From Paraspadella gotoi (lineage: Eukaryota > Animalia > Chaetognatha): DNA of 64,000 nt. Shown here piece after piece: positions 52,901-64,000 of the stretch (positions within the stretch are counted from its first letter, which is position 1; every line of letters begins with the position of its first letter). Both the position numbers and the translations under genes were made by a program. The stretch lies in NCBI GenBank assembly GCA_051294375.1, contig CM119268.1, positions 17,424,502-17,488,501 on the forward strand, read 5' to 3'. The notes beneath the pieces are model-generated. The model searched no databases and was not told the DNA's origin. It saw only the letters and a program-made list of their open reading frames with translations.

Positions 52901-55222
52901 CATTGACCATGGCGCCACTTTTTGGTGCCCTCAAGGGAAAACCTCAGCCAAAAATCTGTTGAATGGACGCTCAAGAACGCATCAAAGGCATTTGAAAGAA
53001 ACCAAAGAAGCCCTCGCATCTGCTTCTATGCTTGTCCATCCCGTTTCTGGCGCCGTTGACGGCGCTGACCGTTGAACGCTTCTGATGTCGCGATCAGGAG
53101 AGTTTTGGAACAACTTGTCCATGGATCCTGGCGGCCACTTGCCTTTTTCTCGAAGCCTCTACGGACAATGAGAGAAGTACTCTCATTTGACGGAGTTGCT
53201 GGCAGCTCACCTTCCATCCGCCACTTCCGATACTTCCTGGAGGGCGCCTTCACGCTCTTTACGGACCACGTCAGTCTTGTTCCTTCTCTGCACAAGAAGA
53301 CGATTCCCAAAAGCAGGCAGGCCACCAGCCTGGCTGCTATCTCTGAATTCACCACGATGTTCGCATGTCTCTGGGAAAAAAGAACATTGTGCGATCCCTC
53401 TCCAGGGTGGTCATCCTGACGCCGTTAGTGCTGTCAGCGGCGACGGCAATCACTTGCCCCTCTGCTCAGACCAAGAAGAGGATCAAGACATCCGCCGTTT
53501 GCGGGCATCATCGACGACTTCTCTTCGCGACTTCAGATGGCCATTCTGATGGCACCCAAAGTCATTCGTGGACATCTCCACCGCGCGTTGACGGCCACTG
53601 GTTCCGAAACTGGCGCCGCAATCGTCTTTGATGCGATCCACAGTCTTCTCATCCGGGCGTCAAAGCAACCAAAGCACTTGTTTTGAAACATTTTGTTGGC
53701 TCGGTGCGGCCAAGGACGCCGCCAGCTGGCACGTTCCTGCATCATCCTGCCAACGGGCAAAGGTGCGGACTCATGCCTCGGCACCTCTGGATTTTCAACG
53801 CCGCACAAAGGAGATTTCAACATGTCCATGTCGACCTCGTGGCACTTCCAGCCTCAAGAGGTTACACCCACCTCTACCGTTGTCGACGCTTCAGTCGTGT
53901 GGCCAGAGGCAGTCCCGACTCAGACATCTCAGCAGCAACGGTCGCGCGCTTTCGCTTCTGGTTGGGTTGCCCGCTTTTGGCGCCCCCTAGGGATTACTTG
54001 ATTCGTGGAAAGTCAATTCATTCTCAGATCTCTGGCTCAATTGGCTCAACCTTGCGCCAATCTTCATCATACCACCGTTTACCATCCTCAAGCCAATGGA
54101 ATGGTGAACGGTTCCATCGATGACTCAAGGCGTCCTCTACTCGCAAAATTGGTCGGCGCTCACTGGGTTCGACCAACTCCCGGCATCCTCCTAGTCTTCG
54201 CTCATGTTCGTCAAGACTCTGAGGCTCCATCGCGGAACTAGTCTACGGCGAAGAGTTCGATCGGGCGGAGTTAACCGGAACCTGGCGCCGCCGTACTCAG
54301 AGAGAACGACCTCCTTCGCGCTCTTCGGCGCGAGAAGCGCGCTTCGAGCTCTATCTGAAGGCACGCGCCATTCGACACATCGCGATGCCATTCCTGAAGG
54401 TCTTCACGAGGCGCGGTTTGTCCGTGTGCGCCAGGACCCTCACCGGGGACCGCTGCCAACCAGTCTCAAAACGTCCTTCCGTGTTTCAGCGTATATATGC
54501 AAAGTATTTCCGTCTGGACTTTTGGGCGACCCACGAGGTTTCCATTGACAGCGCTAGCCCTTCGTCGAGGAACAACTCCGAGACGGTGCCGGCTCAGCCG
54601 CCGCCCGAGGCCGCCCGCGCGTGCCTGCAGTTCCAGCTTCGCCTCCTCCAGTGCTCGGCGATTCATTGAGTTCTGCAGCTCCAATCCTATTGCAGACACG
54701 GACACCAACCAGAACGAACGAAACACACTCTCGGACCTCTTCGATATAGGGCGAGAACTCTATCTCTACCGTGACGTCGTTCTGGATGGGGGGCCTATGA
54801 AGAGATGCGATTAGCGAGTAGACTGAATTTTCCTTAGGTCGCGGCTCCTGTAGCAATTGACTTTGTTATGTATCATAAGTCCTCTATCGTGTAGTTTCAC
54901 TCTCGCGATGCGTAGATGCCAACTTGGTTTTTGGTAGATAAATTGTCAGCCCATCGGCGACGGTTTGGTTATGGGCAATGATGTAATTTACTCTGTCCAG
55001 ACATTGCTTTTCTGTCAGCGGCATGTCTTTCCCCTTTATTTGCTGTAATGTTTTTGCGGCATGCCTTCGTGCTCGGCATGCCTTTTTCATGATATATAAA
55101 ATAGACGAGATGTTTTTTGGCAGAGAATAGACATCATGTTTGAGAAGTTACTAGCGCGTGTTTTTCTCTCAGATAGCAAAATGTATTCAGCTCTTCGAGG
55201 ATAAGGCCGCCTCAGATCTCCA
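49992..55222 (+). mobile_element. Ty3/Gypsy LTR retrotransposon, CsRn1-like, full-length structure
   Basis: LTRs 49992-50358 and 54798-~55222 (TG..CA, colinear but indel-rich); PBS TGGTGAGCCAG at 50361; PPT GGATGGGGGGCCTA before 54798; pol domain order PR-RT-RH-IN. Confidence 0.93.
51690..54560 (+). pseudogene. Frameshifted pol polyprotein (protease, RT, RNase H, integrase)
   Basis: Fragments across frames: LGADFL (~51765), PFG (~52486), FQR, VYL(D)DILVAS (~52600), GHKV, ASDVAI..VLEQ, WRPLAFFSK, IRHFRYFLEG..TDH, HSLSHPGVKAT, CQRAKV, RRFQHVHVDLV, YHPQANGMV/ERFHR. Confidence 0.9.
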
Positions 55223-57283
55223 TATCATGTTTATTTGTATTTTTGTTGATACAAAGCAAAGTTCAAATGAAGGAGGATTTTTTGTTTGACAATTGATAAA
55301 AAAATTTACCTGATGTTAAATTTTTGAAGTTGTTCTCCTTTTGATAAAAAAAAAAATTGTTCACGTTACTTTACAGTAGGCCACTATGTTTATTAAGCCC
55401 TAGCCTAAGATTTTTTTAAATTAGGATAATTGATGATGATTGATTATGATTTCAGAAGAGAAAGATGATTGTGAAGAAAATTGATTTCATGCGCTCATTA
55501 AGTTTATCTCTCCAAAACTGTGAAATGCGAAAAATTTAAATAGCTATGTTTCAGCCTATAAGTGTTAGTATTGCATCTAGATACATTTTGTAACTACTAA
55601 AACTATTTCCAAGCAGACTGCCGCTCATAAGCATTGCCTATGTAATTGGCTTTGTCAAACCAGTTGCATATCCGTAACAATTATTAGATTAAAACTCATC
55701 AAATATTCTTAAATCCGGAAGGACTATGGTGAAACTCTGTCAGGAAAGGCCTGTGACCATCATTATACCGTGGCGACTTATTATTTTGTAATTAAGTAGC
55801 TGAAAAAAAAATACTTTGGGTATTTAGAAAGATTTGAAATTATTAAAATTGATAAAAAGTTATTTCCGACATTTACTTTGAGTGCTGATAACATGTGATA
55901 TAATCATTTGATTTTAAAAATAAAGACATCATATAAAACTGCAAAAACATATGGATCCAACGAGTACAGTAAATGCAATTTTTACTACTGTACTGATTCA
56001 CTGTATTCATTTGTAAAGTGACGCTTGAAACACTGAGTAATTCGGTTCTACTTTTTTAAAATCGAGAACAGTTTATGTTGGTTTTTGGGCCTACATTATT
56101 AGTGTTAGCCCAAAAAACCTGAACTCTCGAGTCCCGTTTCTCGAAGTAATAAAATTAAAAAAAATTAAATTAAGACGATAATAATTCCCTTCTAAAAATA
56201 TTTTTCAAGGTCTATTTCTTTCTCTGCGAATACAAACATCGCGCTAACCCTACTTCTATCACTTTCTCTAAACCTCACTTTTTTACTTTCCTTCATCCAC
56301 GGAGCCAAATGACAGTGAGATTTCCAAAAAAGGCGCAACAATGATCGAACAGTCGTCGTCGTCGTCATCGTCGTCGTCTTTGTCATTATCGTCCTTTTCG
56401 TTGAAGCGTCGACGATTCACTGGCGCCCCATTCAAAGAGGAACTCTCTCTCTCTTTCTCTCTTCTCTCTCTTTACTTCTTCTCTCGTCGCCCTCCTCTTC
56501 TCCATCATCTTTCTCCTCTCTTCTTCTCTCTCTTCTCTCTTTCTTCGTCTCCTCCTTCTTTCCTCCTCTCTCTTTCTCCTCTCTTCTCTCTCATCTCTCT
56601 CTCTCTCTCTCTTGTTTTTCAGTTACACCAAGGCTATTTCTGGTCGCCTAAGAAGCCGTCGTTCGCCTCAATAAAATAAAAAAAAGAAAATAAAAGGCCA
56701 CTATTCGAGGAAAAAAACAAGAGGAGAGAGAGAGAGGGAGAGAGAGAGAGAAGAGAGGAGAGAGAGAGAGAAGAGAGAGAGAGAAAGAGAGAGAAAGAGA
56801 AAAGAAAGAGGAGAGAAGAGAGAGAGAGCAGAGTGAGTAGTTCGTAACACGAAAAGCATCTTTAGTCAAGTAAAAGTGTTTTACTAATGATTTGAGATTA
56901 AAACGCGGAACTAAAAGATTTGTTAACGCCAAATCAGTTTAACAGAACATTGAATCTCAAAATCCGTTTGTCTCTCCATTTATTCGTTTCGGTCCGCACA
57001 TCCTTTTTTCCCTCCCCTGAATTCTATCTCCATGTAAACGAATTCCTTGGCGCAATCCAGTTATCCGCCAATGATTTTCGCTTTCTCTCTCTCTCTCTCT
57101 CTCTCTNNNNNNNNNNNNNNNNNNNNNNNNNNNNNNNNNNNNNNNNNNNNNNNNNNNNNNNNNNNNNNNNNNNNNNNNNNNNNNNNNNNNNNNNNNNNNN
57201 NNNNNNNNNNNNNNNNNNNNNNNNNNNNNNNNNNNNNNNNNNNNNNNNNNNNNNNNNNNNNNNNNNNNNNNNNNNNNNNNNNN

Positions 57284-57315
<32 letters not shown>

Positions 57316-57409
57316 TTTCTCATCTTTGTTTAGCCTCGGAAAAAATTGGTTGGGTATTTATTCGCGAAATATATTCGCGTTGCACGAGATGGGATCTTTG
57401 CCATCGGAG

Positions 57410-57460
57410 CCCGCGGTGCCCGAGAGACCGCGGTTCCCGAGAGACCGCGGTGCCCGACAG
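57410..57460. repeat. Short GC-rich tandem repeat, 17-bp unit x3 (CCGCGGTGCCCGAGAGA)
   Basis: Read directly. Confidence 0.75.
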
Positions 57461-57736
57461 ATCGCAATGCCTCCTACCCCTATTCTGCCTATTATTCTTG
57501 GTCATAAAACTACTTAAGTCATGTTCACGTGAATGTTTCATGTTTAAAAAAAACAAAAAACAAAAAAAAACAAAACAAAACAAAATCAGTGATTAAAAAG
57601 TTTCCCCAATATGAGGCCTCGGGTTTTCGCGCGTTCGCAACATTAACGGCGACACGTGGGCGAAAATAGGAGGACCGATAACGAGGCACCCGATTTGACG
57701 TTGGATCCAAAAATGAGATCGCGATTGGAAAGCGAT

Positions 57737-57786
<50 letters not shown>

Positions 57787-60700
57787 AACGGAGAATTGAA
57801 AAGAAAATATAGCAAGATCAAATCTCCTTACAACCAAATTTGTTATAAACAAAACTTATGGTATAGTTTGTTCTATGGCAACGAATGATTTGAATATTTG
57901 TTAGCCAGTACGTTCTTTTTTATGGTACTAATAGTGATAATTAATTCCAAGTAACCATAAAAATATATATACTATCTTGGAAGAGAAATTTTACTTTTTG
58001 CTCAGTGAAAATGNNNNNNNNNNNNNNNNNNNNNNNNNNNNNNNNNNNNNNNNNNNNNNNNNNNNNNNNNNNNNNNNNNNNNNNNNNNNNNNNNNNNNNN
58101 NNNNNNNNNNNNNNNNNNNNNNNNNNNNNNNNNNNNNNNNNNNNNNNNNNNNNNNNNNNNNNNNNNGGATGCGGAGGAAAGAGGATAGATTATTGCCGTC
58201 TTAGACTCACCACCGAGAAATATGAGGGAAGTCATAAGAAAGTAAGACAGATGGCGCCAGATGCGACGCGGCCTCGCGGAGCGAAGGAAAAAGAAAAAAA
58301 AACAAGACTTAGTTTTTTCGTTGAGGCTTTCGGATGCGTTGTCAGGTACCCTTTTTGGAGTTTTAATGTATTTAGATATTATAATTTAATCGATTTTGGA
58401 TTTACTGCTATCAATAGAAAGCTTATAATGAATGACCTAAATTAACAAACATAACTTTTTTAAAAAAATAGTCTAAAAATACCCTATTGTAAGAATTTTA
58501 TTTAAAAAATGCAAGACATCTATTTTTAAAAAGTTTTGATATCATGAAAAATTATTTTATTTTATCAAGTCAGATGTCTAACATGTATAGTTTTTGACGC
58601 TCTAAAGCTTAAAACTGGTTTCCTTCGTGTATAAATAATGCCATTCAATATATTAAAAAAATATCCTAATTTTTCAGTTTTGCAGTATTTTTTTTAAAGT
58701 TGGCAGCATTTCCTGTAATTTTTTTTTATAATGAGGATTATTATAAATAATATGGTCATAAGTTAGTGACATTTACTACCCTACTACTATGCGAGATCAA
58801 AATCTTTACATATTTTAACAAGGTCTAATATATAACCATTTAAATATTCTAAAGAATAAAAATATATTACTAACAAGTTGTCTAAAACCGAGACGTGGAC
58901 GCATGGAGGAAAAGTCTCGACATTCATTGGTTCCAACGAGAGGACTTGCGATTCAAAAGAAAAAACCGACCATAACACATCCGGAATTGGACAATTATAA
59001 ACGCGCCTACGTGAGGGCGCTTGTTAGACTCTCTCTCTTTCTCACTCTCTCTCTCTCTCTCCAAATCTAAATCTTAGATAAAAGTTCCCCCTTAAAGCGA
59101 CAAGAAAATCCTCTTAGAACAACGTCGTAACTCACAAATCGGTTTCTTCTACTATATTTTCATGGAAAATTCAATTAACCGCTCGGAGCGAGGGTACTAA
59201 GCGCTTCGGTCTTCTTTCCTGTGGCAAAAATGTTTTCTTGACGTTTATTTGTAATTTTAAAATTCGAGGTTTGTTACAAATTTTTTTTAGGTTGATTCGA
59301 CTGACATTTTTTTATCAGTTTAACTGTTTAAAAAAAATTGATACTAAATTTTCTGACACATTTATTGTTTTTCCTAGAGAGCTGAGCTTGACTTTCTACA
59401 TGTACATACTAACTACATACTTTAGTTTTTTAAATCTTTAGAGATTTTTTGTTTTTGTTTATTCGCCTGTTCATTTAGTAATTTCAACAGCAGAATCCAA
59501 AGGTAAGTATTTCATATTAATTCTTATTTTTTTCCCCTTTTATCATTTTTTTCCTTCCCTCGAACCTTGAACCAAATTATTTTTCCCGTTAGAACGAAGA
59601 AGGAAATAGATTGACATTAAAAAAAAGAAAGTTTTTTTTCTTTGTAACTTCCCGACGGAACCATCCTTTACTTTCTTTTTTCCACTTTCCTCCATCTTTT
59701 TTTTTAAGGATATACATGTTCCTTCCCCTTTTCTCTTTTCCCGCACCCCGCGCATGAATCGCGGGTGGGGGTTTCCATTATTCAATAAAGATAATCGAAT
59801 TCCCAGTTATGAAAAGNNNNNNNNNNNNNNNNNNNNNNNNNNNNNNNNNNNNNNNNNNNNNNNNNNNNNNNNNNNNNNNNNNNNNNNNNNNNNNNNNNNN
59901 NNNNNNNNNNNNNNNNNNNNNNNNNNNNNNNNNNNNNNNNNNNNNNNNNNNNNNNNNNNNNNNNNNNNNNNNNNNNNNNNNNNNNNNNNNNNNNNNNNNN
60001 NNNNNNNNNNNNNNNNNNNNNNNNNNNNNNNNNNNNNNNNNNNNNNNNNNNNNNNNNNNNNNNNNNNNNNNNNNNNNNNNNNNNNNNNNNNNNNNNNNNN
60101 NNNNNNNNNNNNNNNATGAGACGGCTTAAAGAATGGCAGAACAGCGCGGGCGATAATTTAAATTAGGAGAAAAGAAAAGAAGAGAAAAAATATGAAATGA
60201 GGTTCGCGACGCGTGGAGGCGAGAAAGGTGAACGAAAATTAACGCGAAGAGGCGAATGACTTTGAAGACGAGAAGATGGGCGGAGATGAACAGATGGGCG
60301 GAGAGTTCGCATAGATCATAGGAAAAGACGAGCAGATGGAAGGGAAACTCGTACAGATGGGCGGAGATCGTGCCGATGGGCGTAAAAGACGGGTAAATGA
60401 TCGAAGATTAAATTGTAATTGCTTCGGCCTCGTTGAGGATGGATGGATGGATCTTTCAGATAGGAGACCATAAAGGATCTAGGAGAGTACGTTTTCTGCA
60501 AGCTGGTATAAGAACTTGATGACGTAGAGCTGTAAAAGCTTGTAAGCTTGCAACAGATTCGTGTAAGAGCAATGATCAAAGACAGGACCAAAATGTCGGA
60601 GAATAAATTTCAGACAATGAACTAAAATCTAACAAAAAGAAAAAACAAATAATCCTGTTCAATTCAATTTATTCTAATTAAATTACGTCGCTTTCATTTT

Positions 60701-63567
60701 TTTTTTTCGGTCTGTGTTTTTATATTTCATTTTCTTCTTTTCTTTATCCTATTTTGCTTTCCTTTCTTCTCGATATTTTTCTTCTTTTTATCTTTGCCTC
60801 TTTCTGCGTTTCTACGTTCGCCTCCCCCCCCCAATCTTGCTAGCGCGTGGGTAGACGCGTGATTTTGCCGCAGACTTTTGAGACAATAGCATTTTTCTTT
60901 CGAGCCGAAGAACGCGCCTCAGGCGGACGGGACATAGTGAGAGGGTGGAGGGAGGAAGAGGAAGATAAATGAAAATAGGAAGAGAAAGAGGAAGTAGAAT
61001 GGATTTTGTAAAGAATAGGAAAGAGTATTATTAAAATATTGATTAAGTGGAAAATTTTTTTAAAAAAATTATGGAGTTGAGAATTTCCAGATTAAGAAAT
61101 GAAGACCATTTAAGAAGGTCATAATTAAATGCATTAAAAAAGAAAAGTTATAGTAAAAAATTTATATCAGGAAGCTTCACTGGTTAGGCCAAAAAAAAAA
61201 GAAAAAAAGAAAGAGATCGCCGAGACGGATTGACGCTTGACGCCGAGAAAAAAAAGAAGAACGTCCGGAGCGGGGAAAGGCTACGAGGCTACCGGGCTTT
61301 TTCAGGACGTGAGGCTCCGAGTCTATGAGGCCACGAGGCTACGCGCCGCGAGTCTCCGAGTCTATGAGAAAGTGGCAGAGAATAATTGACGAGACTCTGG
61401 GGACGGGGCAAGGGTTTTCAAAAGCGCGCGGGGCAGGAAATTGTTACAAGGCGGCCGAGGCGGAGGCGGGTGGGGAGCTGGGATGAGGGAATGCCGGTGG
61501 AAGGGTAGTTTGTGGGCTGGAGGAACGAGAGAAGAAAAAGTTGAGGAAAAAAAAAAAATTGAACTAGATAAGAACGAACAGGGGAGGGGCGGACAAAGGG
61601 AAGGGAACCCGAAGGCAAGAAGGGGAACCGTAAGGAAGGGGAACAGAAGGAAGGGACGGAAGGCGGCGAACGGTAAGGAAGGGGACGGAAAGGAAAGGGG
61701 AACGAAATNNNNNNNNNNNNNNNNNNNNNNNNNNNNNNNNNNNNNNNNNNNNNNNNNNNNNNNNNNNNNNNNNNNNNNNNNNNNNNNNNNNNNNNNNNNN
61801 NNNNNNNNNNNNNNNNNNNNNNNNNNNNNNNNNNNNNNNNNNNNNNNNNNNNNNNNNNNNNNNNNNNNNNNNNNNNNNNNNNNNNNNNNNNNNNNNNNNN
61901 NNNNNNNNNNNNNNNNCGAAAGGGGAGCGAGAAGAAATGGAAGAGAAAAGAAAATGTGTGATTCTTTGGGAAAACGAAAAGGAGGAAGAGACGATACGAA
62001 AAGGGCTCAAGGACAAACACGGCGATCAATGAAGGTGGAGGATCGCGAAGAAACCAAAACAAAACATAACAAAACAAAACATGAGAGAAAAAAAGGAGAA
62101 GATACGAGCGGAGCTTTGACACTGACAAAGCTCAACTATGATGAGAAACGCGTTTAAATATGATGAATAAATATGTATTAATATCTATTATTAGTACGGG
62201 AATGATAAAGAAATGATATGGTCAGCGATATCAGGCCAATGAATACATGTATTAACTTATGAACAGGGAAGATTACAAAATTACGACAAAATATCTTAAC
62301 TTTTAAATGCTTTTGTTTTACATTTCTGTCTCAGTCTAACTATACTCCAGTTAATACTTCGCGTATTCTCTAGATAATTAAATATTAAGCAAATACGCCA
62401 ACGTTCCTACGACTTAGGTAGCAAGAAATACTGCCTTTTGCCTCATAACCTTACTAAACAGTAGCTGAACTATTTATTGAAGTAAATCCTCCAAAGAAAA
62501 ACTATAAAAAGTTCAAAAATATAATGCATACATGGCACAGTTCAAATACAATTTCATTGAAATATTATAATAGTAAATCAATAACAATCAAGAAATAAGA
62601 AGAAAAGGCCTGTAAAATCTGTGAAATCTGGACATTTAAATTTGCATAAGGAAAGAAAAAAAAAAGAATAAATTGGAAAAAAAATTGACGGCGTCTGATA
62701 AAAAGGCTTATACTAAATCTTTTCCTCTTTAATCTATCTTCTTACCTTGGCGTCGCAAAGGATAATTTTTTTGGTTGTGTGCGTTAAAGTCCAGCTCAAT
62801 CGCCTAATAAAAATTGGAGTTTAAAATTGACATTAAGTTTGACAATTCTTAAAAACAAGATTCGTCTTTTCTTAGGAGGGTTTAAAAAGCCTAAATCTCC
62901 AGTTCCAGGCACCCTCGTCCGGACTACAGATCAAATGAGCCAGGATTACGGAGGTTTGAAACCCGAAATGCACGTTGAACGAAATTGAACTTTACCCAAT
63001 CTGCCACCAGACAGTTGCTGGACCCGAGTGCAACCTGGCAACGCGCTACATCATTTGGACATTTTATCAAAGTTTAAGAATAAATTTATCTTAAATATAG
63101 TTCAAAACAATAAACAGGAAGTTCACCTCTCCTTCACTGGTGCGGGCTGTCCTCCGGTTTCCACAAAAACCCCACAACCAGTAGAATTGGAATGTCCCCA
63201 ATCGAAATGAAAATTTAGAATGAAGAGATACCGTAATGGCGTACGGATCGTTTGGGAGGGAAAAAAATTGCTTAGTTGATAGATAATTTATATATGTGTA
63301 CAGCATCAGGGCCACGGATTTTACCACCTCCAAATTTTAATATGCTGGCGGGGAATGGAGAGGCGGAGAGATTATTTGCAGTGGTTTATCATCGGGATTC
63401 CGTTCGTCGTCCCGTCGGTCGTCGGTCATGCGGTTTGGAAAATAGTACTAAAATTATACACCCGAAATAATTCCTTTTTGATGAAATAAAACCCATCCGT
63501 AAAATGAAATTATTGCCTTCCAACCACGAAATGGAATTAATTACCGTTACACTCGCAAGTGACTCAC

Positions 63568-64000
63568 CTTTGAAGTGAATGGGAATGACGATGAGTAAAT
63601 GCCGCAGACGAGGAGAAAGAAGCGATGACCAATGGCGAAATAAAGGGGAATCATCGGCGCAGGAAGGGTGAGCGTTTTTTCTGTTCCACCGATAAGTAAG
63701 ATGCGGAAACGGGCAACGACTTCGAACCATGGGCTGATCTGCGATGACGGGGCCAATAGTGGCAGCTTGGAAGTAAGCCCTCAGGAGCCGGAGAGCCGGC
63801 GGATCTTGGCGTGGGAGTCGAGATCGATGCTGCTTCTGCGCCGATGATGTGCGCGCAGAGGGAGAACGTAATTTGCGCGTCGACGCGAGACGGGGATGCC
63901 GGACGTAACCCGAGTCGCCGGCCTCATTTTCGCTGGGAAGGTGAATACCCGCCGCTCCTTACGATGCCGCCGCGTCGCCACCCGAGAAAAGCCAGTGAGA
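63568..64000 (-). other. Possible GC-rich exon of a gene extending beyond the window
   Basis: GC-rich block ending at a consensus donor CAAAG|GTGAGT on the minus strand. Ser/Pro/Arg-rich frames, but each frame has a stop and no domain is recognised. Confidence 0.25.

Noticed and set aside
51690-54560. Programmed frameshifting or ancient decay of pol
   Set aside because: Indels are dense, and the two LTRs show opposite deletion/insertion bias, which is most consistent with unpolished long-read error. Age and activity cannot be inferred.

Overview
AT-rich eukaryotic (probably invertebrate) genomic DNA from a noisy draft assembly, with frequent homopolymer indels, N gaps and dense (AG)n/(CT)n microsatellites. 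Three intron-containing genes can be reconstructed, all on the minus strand: two tandem 7-exon MFSD6-like MFS transporter paralogs (26364-32971, 38997-42070) and an ~11-exon condensation-domain/alcohol-acetyltransferase-like acyltransferase (46588-49796). A full-length Ty3/Gypsy LTR retrotransposon of CsRn1 type (49992-55222) lies just upstream of that gene. The most interesting signals are non-coding. (1) Miniature LTR retrotransposons (TRIMs) whose LTRs carry tRNA-derived Pol III promoters, in two and possibly three families; their primer-binding site (TGGTGAGCC) matches that of the autonomous Gypsy in the same window. (2) A circularly permuted twister ribozyme at 44827-44898 (-) with a palindromic, loop-less P1, plus two decayed copies. 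(3) Penelope-type minimal hammerhead motifs in inverted pairs. The first 25 kb is a nest of TRIM > hAT > hAT insertions with identifiable TSDs, followed by near-identical multi-kb duplications that may be uncollapsed haplotypes. All calls were made by eye; no database searches were run.
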